From the IMG/VR virus record IMGVR_UViG_3300050026_000241: a stretch of 64,000 bases of DNA; one strand, given 5' to 3'. Both the position numbers and the translations under genes were made by a program. This DNA comes from a virus (taxonomy: Duplodnaviria; Heunggongvirae; Uroviricota; Caudoviricetes). The notes under the pieces were generated by a model. That model was given only the letters and a program-made list of their open reading frames with translations, was not told the origin of the DNA and ran no database searches. The number at the start of each line of letters is the position of its first letter. The stretch's first letter is position 1. Below are positions 26,388-35,590 of the stretch, in pieces.

Positions 26388-27779
26388 TCAAATGACCAAG
26401 CCAATACCTAGAACAACCCCGCAATCGGCTTTTGCCACTATCCAGGGCGACTTGTCGCCATATTGGAATGACAAGTGCCGCGCGTTGCAATCGCGCCTCT
26501 GGTGCCCAACCGAGAATGATTGCAAAGTGTTGTTCGATTCTTCGGAGTTCATTGAGCGTGTTGCCTCACCGTCTGCCGGAGATTTGTGCCCGTCGTTTGT
26601 ACTTCCCGCTCTATCTGGCGAGCGACCCAAGGAAAAGGAAGTTAGCCGTAAGATAAGGCTCTATCCGAAGAACTTGGAGAAGTGGGAGGAATGTTTGTGG
26701 GCGGCTCGTCGGGCCTACAACCTCGCTATTGAGGCTTTCAAGGAATGGAAGAAGGATGTGCCGAGCGAGGCAGATAACCAATCCGCCTTTCGCCGCTCAA
26801 TCCGTGAAAAGGTAGCGGCTGAATTTCCCGGTGTGCCGCGCGTAATGCTTGACGAAGCGGTCAACAGCGCTTACCTCACACGGCAAGCCATCATTAAGAA
26901 AAGATCGCAAGGTGAGCAATGCGACTTTTCCTTCCGTTGCCGGAAGGACACGAAGCAATCGTTTGTAGTTGAGAGGCTTGCGAACGGTGGGCCGTTTCCA
27001 ACCTTTCTGAAATGCCATCTTACCGAGGCGATTCCGAGCGAATCTGCCGGGAAAATGGCGGTTGTTGTGCGAGAGCATGGTAGATGGTTTCTGACGTGTA
27101 AGGTCAAGGTGCCGGTTGCTGCCGAGAGCCAAGGTAGGAAAACCGTCGCTTGCGACCCCGGCGTAAGAACTTTTCTCGCTACCTACTCTCTTAGTGATTG
27201 TGCGTTTATCGGCCACGGCTTTGCCGCCAAGATACGACCAATGCTCTTGCAGCTTGATAAGTTGCTTGGGCGGCGGAAGTGCTTGAGCAACATCAAGGAA
27301 TGGAAGCAATGTCACCGGGATAGGAACCGTAACTTGCAAAAGCGAATCGACTCGATCTTTTGCAAGGTGCAAGACTTGATGGACGATCTGCACCGGCGTG
27401 CGGCCGATTTTCTCACAAAGAACTTCGACGTGATTTTGCTTCCGACATTTGAGACTTCCGAAATGGTTTCCAAGAGCGCACGCAAAATTGGTAGCCGCTC
27501 CGTCCGGTCGATGCTATCCCTTGGTCACTATCGCTTCAAGCAATTCCTGATTTGGTCGGCCTACAAGCGTGGCAAGATCATAGTGGATTGCAGCGAAGCG
27601 TGGACCACATGCACCGACTCCCGAAGCGGTGTGATTATTGATGTTGGTTCAAGGGAATGGATCAACGGACTTCACAGGGATGTAAACGGCTCGCGGGGTA
27701 TTTTCCTCCGAGCGATGGCGGCTTGAGCCCGAAACATCCCCAGCAAACGCTACAAAATGTTGCGTTTGTTGCGTTTCAA
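26364..27779 (+). mobile_element. TnpB-only transposon-like unit bounded by inverted repeats
   Basis: left TTGAACGCAACAAACGCAACAT (~26364-26385) vs right ATGTTGCGTTTGTTGCGTTTCAA (~27757-27779), 22/23 match; tnpB fills the interval. Confidence 0.5.
26392..27726 (+). CDS. tnpB: TnpB-like RuvC-fold nuclease (IS200/IS605 OrfB family)
   Basis: RKIRLYPKNLEKWEECLWAARRAYN; RuvC-I KTVACDPGVRTF; RuvC-II LLPTFETSEM; RuvC-III HRDVNGSRGI; zinc finger degenerate. Confidence 0.75.
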   Translation: MTKPIPRTTPQSAFATIQGDLSPYWNDKCRALQSRLWCPTENDCKVLFDSSEFIERVASPSAGDLCPSFVLPALSGERPKEKEVSRKIRLYPKNLEKWEECLWAARRAYNLAIEAFKEWKKDVPSEADNQSAFRRSIREKVAAEFPGVPRVMLDEAVNSAYLTRQAIIKKRSQGEQCDFSFRCRKDTKQSFVVERLANGGPFPTFLKCHLTEAIPSESAGKMAVVVREHGRWFLTCKVKVPVAAESQGRKTVACDPGVRTFLATYSLSDCAFIGHGFAAKIRPMLLQLDKLLGRRKCLSNIKEWKQCHRDRNRNLQKRIDSIFCKVQDLMDDLHRRAADFLTKNFDVILLPTFETSEMVSKSARKIGSRSVRSMLSLGHYRFKQFLIWSAYKRGKIIVDCSEAWTTCTDSRSGVIIDVGSREWINGLHRDVNGSRGIFLRAMAA

Positions 27780-28015
27780 ATCAAGAGAGTATTCGCAACT
27801 TGGAGCCGGACAAGTGCGTCAAGTTGGAGTGGTTCAAGTGGGACAAGCTGCCCGAACCTTTGATGCCCGGCATCGTGCATCTGGTCGCCTGCGGGTACAA
27901 CCCATTCATACCTGACATTCGAGGTTGCCATGACTGACATACAAGCGGAGTCCGCCAAGCGTGTAATTCCGCTTGCGCCCGATACCGCATGAACCCCGAC
28001 AGCTATTGAGTTAAA

Positions 28016-28540
28016 ATGAGCAAAACCAAACAAAAGGACCGCAAAATGTTCCAAAATAGAATCCCCGGCAACAAGCCCCGCGCCTCATACGCTAATCGCA
28101 CCCGGCGAGAGAAAGTCATAGGTGCTTTGGTACTCGGCGGTGCGATCTTCATGGCTGGCTTCGTGGCTGGCTACGACTGTAAGAACACCCCGACAGCCCC
28201 GGCTACCCCAACCGACCCAGCAGGCCCGACCACGACACCGGCTACCCCGCCGTCTGCCATCGTGCCGGCCACAAGCCGCCCCGGCGTCCCGTCGATTCAG
28301 CTTGCCCCGATGCCCAAACTGGCTGCCGATCTGGCACCCCTCCCGAAAGTAGCAGTCGCACAGGCCCGGGACGACATGGCCCCGGCACCCAAGGTAGCCG
28401 CCCCGGCACCTAAGACGGTCGAGAAGACGGTCGAGAAGACGGTCGAGAAGACGGTCGAGAAGACGGTCGAGAAGACGCCTGCCAAGGCCGCCAAGCCCAA
28501 GAGCACGGCCGCCCCTGCCGCTTTGGGCGGAAAGAGTTGA
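28016..28540 (+). CDS. single-pass membrane protein with Pro/Ala/Thr-rich region and (KTVE)x5 repeat
   Basis: basic N-terminus, TM IGALVLGGAIFMAGFVAGY, 12-nt tandem repeat gtcgagaagacg x5. Confidence 0.5.
   Translation: MSKTKQKDRKMFQNRIPGNKPRASYANRTRREKVIGALVLGGAIFMAGFVAGYDCKNTPTAPATPTDPAGPTTTPATPPSAIVPATSRPGVPSIQLAPMPKLAADLAPLPKVAVAQARDDMAPAPKVAAPAPKTVEKTVEKTVEKTVEKTVEKTPAKAAKPKSTAAPAALGGKS
28415..28476 (+). repeat. 12-nt tandem repeat GTCGAGAAGACG x5 (coding, KTVE x5)
   Basis: seen directly. Confidence 0.8.
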
Positions 28541-28547
28541 TTTCCGC

Positions 28548-28575
28548 TCGACTTCTGCGAATTGCCGTGTATAAT
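28548..28575 (+). promoter_or_regulatory. sigma70-like promoter cassette (variant -35 TCGACT)
   Basis: TCGACT-N16-TGtTATAAT; leader to sigma factor gene ATG 28601. Confidence 0.5.
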
Positions 28576-28600
28576 TGAATAGGATTTAACCACAGGAAAC

Positions 28601-29185
28601 ATGATGCTTCAACTGCAAGATGAAGAACTCTTTTTGCTCTACAAGACGACTCGTAACAACGAATACTTCACCACCGTCTACAATCGCCAGGTGGGTCGGG
28701 TTCGTCACTACCTGATGCGTCTCATGCCGGCATCTGGCGGCTGCATCCATAGCAGTTACATCGACGACCTAATCCAGCTAGTCTTCACCGACCTGGTCGG
28801 ACACGACAGCTTCAAGAAGAGCACGCTGCTTAACTACCTTCTTGAGCGAGCCAAGTGGCATTGCCTGGACCTGCGCCGACACCTGACCGCCAAGAAGCGG
28901 GCCACATCTATGCCGGAAGTTGAAATCAGCGAGACCGACAGCATTACCACCATCACACCGTTAGACGACCTGTGCGAGAAAGAGTCGCGCGAGGTTCTCC
29001 GAGACATGGTCGAGCGTTTGCCCGAAATTGAGCGAAATATCATACAACTTCTGCTGAACGGCCACAGTAAGAGCAAAATCGCCAAGGTTTTGAGCATTAG
29101 CCCTCGTAAATTCCTCACCCGTTACAACTTCGCCCTTCGGTTGTTGAAAATCATGGCCCACAGCAGAGAGCTAACCGTCGCATGA
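28601..29185 (+). CDS. sigma-70 family (ECF-like) RNA polymerase sigma factor
   Basis: region 4 HTH LPEIERNIIQLLLNGHSKSKIAKVLSISPRKFLTRYNFALRLLK; region-2-like LIQLVFTDLVGHDSF. Confidence 0.6.
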   Translation: MMLQLQDEELFLLYKTTRNNEYFTTVYNRQVGRVRHYLMRLMPASGGCIHSSYIDDLIQLVFTDLVGHDSFKKSTLLNYLLERAKWHCLDLRRHLTAKKRATSMPEVEISETDSITTITPLDDLCEKESREVLRDMVERLPEIERNIIQLLLNGHSKSKIAKVLSISPRKFLTRYNFALRLLKIMAHSRELTVA

Positions 29186-29481
29186 AGTTCTTCGGCTGGA
29201 ATCCCGAATGGCTTGAAGGTCGAATTGTCAACCGCCGACTGACGGATGCCTATGACATTTCGATCTGCCGACCCTCAAAATGGGGTAATCCATTCGAGGT
29301 TGAAGTATACGGCCGAGAGCGGGCTATCGCCCTTTTTGCGATACATCTACGACGCCGCCCCGATCTTATCGCATCTTTGCCCGAGCTATCGGGCAAAATT
29401 CTAGGCTGCTGTTGTTATCCGCTACACTGCCACGGTGCTATTTTGCTCCAATTTCTATGGGAATACCACGGCTTGCTATGA
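29182..29481 (+). CDS. DUF4326-family protein
   Basis: RPSKWGNPF and GKILGCCCYPLHCHGAIL. Confidence 0.5.
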   Translation: MKFFGWNPEWLEGRIVNRRLTDAYDISICRPSKWGNPFEVEVYGRERAIALFAIHLRRRPDLIASLPELSGKILGCCCYPLHCHGAILLQFLWEYHGLL

Positions 29482-30515
29482 ATCTTAAATCAATCGGCTT
29501 CTACACGCTCAGCGACGAGCGCTGTCTTAACGTCAGTGCGTTGTCGCCTATGCAGCGGTGCGAAATGATCCTGACGGACAAATGCAACTTCAAGTGTCCG
29601 TACTGCCGGGGCCTGCGCAACGATTGCAAGGGCGACTTGCCGATTGAAGACGCGATGGCGACCCTCAAGCTGTGGTGCGACGACGGCTTGAAGAACGTGC
29701 GGTTCTCTGGCGGCGAACCCCTCACATACCCGCATCTGGACGCCTTGGTGAAGTACGCCAAGTTCCGTGGTGTCGAACACATAGCGATCTCTTCCAACGG
29801 CTCGTTCCCGTTCGGCCGCTACTACGAATTGATTACCGAGGGCGTCAACGACTTCTCAATCAGCCTGGACGCTTGCTGTAGTTCATACGGCGACAAGATG
29901 GCGGGCGTCAGCGGGCAGTTTGAACGGGTGACGTACAACATCGTCGAGTTGTCAAAGCTAGTTTACACGACGGTCGGCGTGGTACTCACAGCCGAGACCG
30001 TTTCCACGACTCGCAGAGTCGTGGAGTTTGCACACGGCCTGGGCGTGACCGACATACGAATCATCCCGTGCGCCCAAGAGGGGAACGGCAACGCTGAACT
30101 TGTTCGACAGGTTGGACTAATTTCGCAAAAAATCTTGGACGCCCACCCTATATTAAAATATCGGGTACAGAACATCCTTAATGGTGTGCTAATTCGCGGC
30201 TTACAAGCGTCCGATACGCACACCTGTTACCTGGCCCTGGACGACAGCGTAGTCAGCGGCGGGTATCACTATCCCTGTGTTATTTACCTGCGTGAGAAGG
30301 GCGAGCCAATCGGCAAAGTCGGCCCGAACATGAGAGGCCAGCGAGTAGCGTGGATGGCCCAGCACGACACCCACAAAGACCCGATCTGCTCTAAGCAATG
30401 TCTCGATGTCTGCTGCGCGCATAATAATCGTTGCGCCTTTTATCAAGAGAGGAAGCACTGGTTTGTCACGCAGACTGCATCTACCGATGCCGAAAATGTC
30501 AGCACGCGACATTGA
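29478..30515 (+). CDS. radical SAM protein with C-terminal Cys-rich region
   Basis: CNFKCPYC (CxxxCxxC); RFSGGEPL; C-terminal CSKQCLDVCCAHNNRC. Confidence 0.7.
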   Translation: MNLKSIGFYTLSDERCLNVSALSPMQRCEMILTDKCNFKCPYCRGLRNDCKGDLPIEDAMATLKLWCDDGLKNVRFSGGEPLTYPHLDALVKYAKFRGVEHIAISSNGSFPFGRYYELITEGVNDFSISLDACCSSYGDKMAGVSGQFERVTYNIVELSKLVYTTVGVVLTAETVSTTRRVVEFAHGLGVTDIRIIPCAQEGNGNAELVRQVGLISQKILDAHPILKYRVQNILNGVLIRGLQASDTHTCYLALDDSVVSGGYHYPCVIYLREKGEPIGKVGPNMRGQRVAWMAQHDTHKDPICSKQCLDVCCAHNNRCAFYQERKHWFVTQTASTDAENVSTRH

Positions 30516-30562
30516 TCGTTTCAAATCAAGAGCAAGAAGTCTATAGCCAACGGATAAACTCA

Positions 30563-31015
30563 ATGCCTAATATACTTAAAAGTTGGACCGAGAAGCTGGG
30601 CCTACGGCACCAGGGCGTGCTCATGTCGGTCATTCGCGGGTGCGACAACGTGCCCAAGGAAGACCCTTGCAAATCATTGGCCCGCTGCATCCGGTACGTG
30701 TTGCTTAACTCGTTCAGCGAGAAACCATCGTCCTTCATCGAGAACGTGGACGACCGAGAATTGGAGCGGCGCATGAGGGAAGTCCTACGCAGCCACGACC
30801 AGTACCCTGTCCATTACATCATGCACGTTTTGCACGCCACAGAAATCATCGGGTATAAGCACCCAGACGACCGAGTGGCCGACCGCTGGCGATGGTTCTA
30901 CTCGAATCTAGCCAGATGTTTCCACCTTAACCCCGAAACCGAAGAGCAACTGGACGCGCGGCTTGGCGCTTGCGAAGACCAGTTTGCTCGAAACGCGGAG
31001 ATTGTTGCATCGTGA
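30563..31015 (+). CDS. hypothetical protein
   Basis: ATG inside track ORF 30431..31015. Confidence 0.45.
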   Translation: MPNILKSWTEKLGLRHQGVLMSVIRGCDNVPKEDPCKSLARCIRYVLLNSFSEKPSSFIENVDDRELERRMREVLRSHDQYPVHYIMHVLHATEIIGYKHPDDRVADRWRWFYSNLARCFHLNPETEEQLDARLGACEDQFARNAEIVAS

Positions 31016-31584
31016 TTCAGAAGCAAAAGAAAGTCTTGACCTACCCCGAAACCCGCCAAGTGTATGACTATGATTGCGGCAGCAACTCTCTAATGAGTAT
31101 GCTCGTCTACTGTGGAGTGGAAGAGAGGGAGGAACGCATTGCCAAGCTGGCAGGCACCACCGAGGAGGAGGGCACCACCACGGAAGGCATACTCTTTGTA
31201 TTTGGCTACTTCGGCCTTGAAGTATCGGCCGGAGAGGGCATGACAACTGCTGACATTCGTGAGGCCATCGACCAGGGGCACCCGGTTTTGCTTACCTTGC
31301 AAGCCTACCGCGACCCTACCGATTTACGACCGTACTCAGAAATATGGGACTCCGGGCATTACGTCGTGGCTATTGGATACGAGGGGGACGGCACCGCTGT
31401 TGACGACCGAATTATTTTTGAAGACCCCGCCTCATTCCACCGAACCTATCTGACAGATGGCGAGTTGAACGAGCGGTGGCGGGATGACAACGGCGCGGCC
31501 AACCCGCCGAGGCTGAATCACTGGGGCTGTATCTTGCTTACCCAGAGTACCTACAACCATGATCTCATGGAACGCATGGAATGA
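31012..31584 (+). CDS. papain-like cysteine peptidase (C39-like)
   Basis: YDYDCGSNSLMSML (Cys) and GHYVVAIGYEGD (His); GTG start. Confidence 0.5.
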   Translation: MIQKQKKVLTYPETRQVYDYDCGSNSLMSMLVYCGVEEREERIAKLAGTTEEEGTTTEGILFVFGYFGLEVSAGEGMTTADIREAIDQGHPVLLTLQAYRDPTDLRPYSEIWDSGHYVVAIGYEGDGTAVDDRIIFEDPASFHRTYLTDGELNERWRDDNGAANPPRLNHWGCILLTQSTYNHDLMERME

Positions 31585-31613
31585 AACGGATTCCTTTTTA
31601 TGGATTTGTCCGC

Positions 31614-31641
31614 TTGACTTCTGCGGAAAGGGTGGTATAGT
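31614..31641 (+). promoter_or_regulatory. sigma70-like promoter cassette
   Basis: TTGACT-N16-TGgTATAGT; leaderless ATG 31648. Confidence 0.55.
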
Positions 31642-31647
31642 TGTAGT

Positions 31648-31821
31648 ATGATGACACTAACACTGATCGCCTACAGCCTGTTTGTTCAACTGCCACTGGT
31701 GGCCGCCTGCGGCCTGATGTGGTTGGCGATGATGTGGCGTGACTTGTGGTGCGATGCCTCCGAGGCCACCCAAGAGGCCGAGGCGATTACCCGCGATTTC
31801 ATCTTTGGGGAGAGACATTGA
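31648..31821 (+). CDS. small membrane protein
   Basis: cassette promoter, leaderless; 57 aa; approximate. Confidence 0.35.
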   Translation: MMTLTLIAYSLFVQLPLVAACGLMWLAMMWRDLWCDASEATQEAEAITRDFIFGERH

Positions 31822-31897
31822 TTACCGAAGGCACCCATTTTCGATACGAAATGGTCCCTGCTGGACGAGCAAATTCGCACACTGGAAAGGTCTGCCC

Positions 31898-32101
31898 GTG
31901 ACTGAACAGTCCGGTAAACCGGACTACGACAGAGATATGGCCCGCTTGGAGAACTTCATCGCTCTGGTGCGGCTGGTCCCTGTCCTGCATATCCCCACAC
32001 CGGGCAGGGTCGAAGAGCACGAAGTCAGAATGGCCGGCGTAAACATCGGCACGATCGGCGTCAAGTCGCTGGCGTGCTGGGATATTCCCGAGGGGCCATG
32101 A
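31898..32101 (+). CDS. hypothetical protein, paralog pair member 1
   Basis: LENFIALVRLVPVLHIPTPGRVEEHEVRMAGVNIGTIGVKSLACW; GTG start. Confidence 0.4.
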   Translation: MTEQSGKPDYDRDMARLENFIALVRLVPVLHIPTPGRVEEHEVRMAGVNIGTIGVKSLACWDIPEGP

Positions 32102-32409
32102 CGCTCACAACAACCTTCAATTACCGGGTCTACATCGAAGTCACCCGCAAGACGCCGGAGACTATTAACTTCAACATCGTGCCCACGGTCGAAGTAATAG
32201 GCGAGGCCCTACGCCGGCTGAAGGAAGATGTCTGCAAGCAAGAGATCGAGCGGCTGGACAACCTTGTCTCGCTCGTCAGGTTGGCCGGCACGCTCCGCAT
32301 TCCGACTGCCGGACAGAAAGAGATTCACGATGTAAAAGTGTCCGGCATCTACATCGGGAAGGTCGTTATCAAATCCATAATTGCCTGGACCACAGTAGGG
32401 ACACCATGA
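32098..32409 (+). CDS. hypothetical protein, paralog pair member 2
   Basis: LDNLVSLVRLAGTLRIPTAGQKEIHDVKVSGIYIGKVVIKSIIAW. Confidence 0.45.
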   Translation: MTLTTTFNYRVYIEVTRKTPETINFNIVPTVEVIGEALRRLKEDVCKQEIERLDNLVSLVRLAGTLRIPTAGQKEIHDVKVSGIYIGKVVIKSIIAWTTVGTP

Positions 32410-32969
32410 ATTTTTTATCGAGCATCTTTGGATTTTTCAAGTCCTTCCAGTTTTGGGTGGTTGTGGCTCCGTGGGAGTTGGGACTTCGGATACGTCTTGG
32501 CAAGACGGCTGTTGTCCTGCGTCCGGGTCCGCACATACGCATTCCGTTTCTCGACCGTATGTACGTTCAGCCCACCAGACTGCGTACAATCAGTGGCATC
32601 GCCCAAACAGTGACCACCAAAGATGTCAAGGCATTTACGGTCGGGACTGCCGTTATGTATCAGATCGCAGACATCCTAAAGCTGCACATGGCCGTGGCGA
32701 ACCCGGAAAGTTCGCTTCTCAATCTGATATACGGAGTAATCTCGAAAATCGTCACCGATCGTTTGTCTACTGAGCTAACCCTTGAAACATTGGAAACGCA
32801 AGTAATCAAGGAATTGCCCACGGCAGATTGGGGACTGTCAGATGTCAAGTTGATCGTGACGACATTCGCTTTTACGAGAGTGCTTCGACTTCTGAATACG
32901 GCCTCGTATGAGTACCAAAACACGAGTCAAACGAATAACCTTTCGGCCACCACTGATGTCCAAGGATAG
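32406..32969 (+). CDS. SPFH/band-7 domain protein, copy 1
   Basis: FQFWVVVAPWELGLRIRLGK...PGPHIRIPFLDRMYVQPTRLRT. Confidence 0.55.
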   Translation: MNFLSSIFGFFKSFQFWVVVAPWELGLRIRLGKTAVVLRPGPHIRIPFLDRMYVQPTRLRTISGIAQTVTTKDVKAFTVGTAVMYQIADILKLHMAVANPESSLLNLIYGVISKIVTDRLSTELTLETLETQVIKELPTADWGLSDVKLIVTTFAFTRVLRLLNTASYEYQNTSQTNNLSATTDVQG

Positions 32970-32973
32970 AGCA

Positions 32974-33495
32974 ATGTCCTACACCTTCTGCCTCTGCCAG
33001 CTTCACCCCAAGTGCCCCGACCTGACCGGCTGGATGCTCGCCATACGGCCTACCGATCCCGTTGGCCTTCTAATGGAGGTTCACCGGGGCGTTATTTCGC
33101 TCTACTATAACAAGTTCGGACTGGACCCGCATATCCAAGCTGACGAGTTTCGCCGGGGCCTTTACAATCCAATCAAGTTGGCGGCCGGCTGGCTTCAAAC
33201 CGCCGACAAATTCCTGATCGAAGGTGAGACAATCCTGGTAAACGTCAACGGCGGCATGATGTGTGCCAAGGAAGTCACCATCCTCGAAACCATCGAGAGA
33301 GATAAGATTGACTGGACCGTCCGCTACGAGGACGAGCGCATTACAATCTCCCGCTGGCCTGAGGGGGAGCATTACTATCTGTGCTCAAGCAAGAATCGTA
33401 TCTTCGTACCGGACAAGTATCACGATTACGCCGACGCACTCAAGGCGGCCCACCGCTACGTGCCGGTAGCCCGAATAATTTCCAAGGGCTGTTGA
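32974..33495 (+). CDS. hypothetical protein
   Basis: ATG inside track ORF 32908..33495. Confidence 0.5.
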   Translation: MSYTFCLCQLHPKCPDLTGWMLAIRPTDPVGLLMEVHRGVISLYYNKFGLDPHIQADEFRRGLYNPIKLAAGWLQTADKFLIEGETILVNVNGGMMCAKEVTILETIERDKIDWTVRYEDERITISRWPEGEHYYLCSSKNRIFVPDKYHDYADALKAAHRYVPVARIISKGC

Positions 33496-33511
33496 TTCGC
33501 TAGGGTTTCAC

Positions 33512-33539
33512 TTGACTTCTGTAAAAAGGATGGTATGAT
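33512..33539 (+). promoter_or_regulatory. sigma70-like promoter cassette
   Basis: TTGACT-N16-TGgTATGAT; leaderless ATG 33546. Confidence 0.6.
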
Positions 33540-33545
33540 TGTAGT

Positions 33546-33872
33546 ATGAGCGAACGAAACATGAACCCACTGCGTCTTGCCGGCCTTTTCCACAACGAAT
33601 ACGTCACTCTCGCGCCGGTGTACGGCCTTGAGCCGACACTGGAATTCCCGCCCGCCTTTCGGCCCACGTCGCCGCACGGACGGCTGCTGGTGCGTGTGTG
33701 CGAAAAGCTATTGAAGGACATTCTGGGCTGCCAAAAGTGCGGCGGCCATCGTTTTCATATCGTCAACACCTTGGGCAACGATCCCGACATTATCCTGGGC
33801 GACCTGGAAATCTGCCTCGATTGTGGCCAAGTCCAAGGCAAGTGGCCCTACCCGGAGAACCCAAATACCTGA
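33546..33872 (+). CDS. Cys-rich hypothetical protein
   Basis: cassette promoter, leaderless; CQKCGGHRF...CLDCG. Confidence 0.5.
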   Translation: MSERNMNPLRLAGLFHNEYVTLAPVYGLEPTLEFPPAFRPTSPHGRLLVRVCEKLLKDILGCQKCGGHRFHIVNTLGNDPDIILGDLEICLDCGQVQGKWPYPENPNT

Positions 33873-33900
33873 TCGACCCGAGGCCCGACCCGTGAGTGAA

Positions 33901-34401
33901 ATGACCGACCAAGACGTTATCCTGTTGGTAATCAACGCCATTCCTGGCAGCAAGACCGTGACTGTTGGCGGTAGAAAATTCGAGTTTGCTACCATCGCAA
34001 ACGGTGCTGTCGAAAAACGGTTCGCCAGATTCATCAAGAAGCTCCCGCACCCCATCGACTTCACCGTCCGCCGCTACCTGGACGATACCTACCTGGACGA
34101 AGCCGGCAAGATCAAGCAGTGGTCCGTTATCTACGGGTTGCAACTGGACGGCGAGAAGATTTTCCCGGTCTCCGGCGAGACCATGAAGCGCAGCCGCAAG
34201 AAGATGGAGGGTGTCGTATTCGAGACCCCGGACCTTCACGCCCTGCTGGCCCGGCTCATGGCAAACGCTGCTGGCGAGATCGGTGAGGCCGGGTCCGACG
34301 CCTACAAGGCCGCCATCAAGGCCGGTGGCGAGTGTGAGGATGCCTGTGAAGCCGCCATCAACGCCGCCGCCGAGGCCGCGATAAGGAAGATCAAACAATG
34401 A
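33901..34401 (+). CDS. hypothetical protein
   Basis: ATG 33901 (or GTG 33892) in track ORF. Confidence 0.5.
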   Translation: MTDQDVILLVINAIPGSKTVTVGGRKFEFATIANGAVEKRFARFIKKLPHPIDFTVRRYLDDTYLDEAGKIKQWSVIYGLQLDGEKIFPVSGETMKRSRKKMEGVVFETPDLHALLARLMANAAGEIGEAGSDAYKAAIKAGGECEDACEAAINAAAEAAIRKIKQ

Positions 34402-34841
34402 AGAAAATTCTCCCCTGGCTCCCCGTCACCCTAGCCCTGTTGTTCCTGGTATTCATGTTCGGCTTGGACGCCACCATCAAGCACACTCCCGAGGCCACTT
34501 GCCTTTTCCTGGTGGCCTGCGTAATGGCGGCGGCCGTCCTATTCAGCTTGATTATGGCGAATGTCACAGTGTCGGCGGCCGGCGAAATCATCCAAGAGGC
34601 CGAAGCTGTGGTACAAGCAGTGCCCGAGCGACCGAGAGAAGACCTTTCCGACGCCGAGGCCCTGGCCATCCTTGGCGATTATTTACTAGGCAAGAACGGC
34701 GAGATTCCAGACACGATCACCTTTGAGCGTGAAGCCATCGGATGGGCCTACGGCCGAATGCAGTACCGACACACCTGGGTCGTCTGCGGCCCGTGCGAGG
34801 ATTCAATGGAACGGCTGATGAAGAAGAGGGAGCAAGCATGA
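34398..34841 (+). CDS. membrane protein
   Basis: two N-terminal TM helices. Confidence 0.5.
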   Translation: MKKILPWLPVTLALLFLVFMFGLDATIKHTPEATCLFLVACVMAAAVLFSLIMANVTVSAAGEIIQEAEAVVQAVPERPREDLSDAEALAILGDYLLGKNGEIPDTITFEREAIGWAYGRMQYRHTWVVCGPCEDSMERLMKKREQA

Positions 34842-35044
34842 GAGGCTTTGGAACAGACGGTCTTGGCAGCGTCCAAGCCGACGTGTGGAAGTCACTTCAA
34901 GAACACGGCTATTGGTCCCGTGTCGGCTGCGGCTGGCTCTGGGACACGCCATCCAACACGGCCCGCATCATGGAGTCACTCGTCCGTCGTGGGCTGGCGA
35001 CAAAGACCGTTGACGGCCACCGAATCATCTACAAACCAACATAA
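34838..35044 (+). CDS. hypothetical protein
   Basis: ATG inside track ORF 34742..35044. Confidence 0.4.
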   Translation: MRGFGTDGLGSVQADVWKSLQEHGYWSRVGCGWLWDTPSNTARIMESLVRRGLATKTVDGHRIIYKPT

Positions 35045-35079
35045 GGTGGACTCGTGGCGTGGAACCCGCGAGTTGCAAT

Positions 35080-35328
35080 ATGAAGCGGCGACCCTACGGC
35101 GACCCTACGGGGAGGCTGGCGTATACCGCCGTCGCGCGATGTGCCGTATGGCGACGTTCGTTCGGTCCAATTCCGACCTTCACCACCTTTGAAACTATGA
35201 ACATCGCCATCAAGTACAATAGAAAAGGCCGTCCGATCTTCGGCACCCTTTGGCAGCGGCTCTGGTGGGGCCTTGGCTGCTGGTCCCACGAAGACACTAT
35301 CGTGTCTGTGTTTACTGGCGGATTGTGA
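35080..35328 (+). CDS. hypothetical protein
   Basis: weak; Trp-rich. Confidence 0.3.
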   Translation: MKRRPYGDPTGRLAYTAVARCAVWRRSFGPIPTFTTFETMNIAIKYNRKGRPIFGTLWQRLWWGLGCWSHEDTIVSVFTGGL

Positions 35329-35383
35329 ACGGCAACCTGGAATCGTTCAGCACGGCATACAATAAAGGCAACGGACAACTCGT

Positions 35384-35590
35384 ATGATTTTCAAAGCAAC
35401 CCATATCGGACAGCTTACCGGCGATGCCCGCACAGGCGGCCAAAAGCCGACCGTGCGACTGCGTGAGACCAAGACGTGCTGGATAGACAAGCACGGCATC
35501 AAGTATCGAAAGGCAACCGGCTGGCCCACGGGCGGCGATAGCTGGCCTCTCTGGACATTGGCCGTAGAGACAGTGAGGCCAATAGTATGA
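35384..35590 (+). CDS. hypothetical protein
   Basis: 68-aa ORF. Confidence 0.4.
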   Translation: MIFKATHIGQLTGDARTGGQKPTVRLRETKTCWIDKHGIKYRKATGWPTGGDSWPLWTLAVETVRPIV

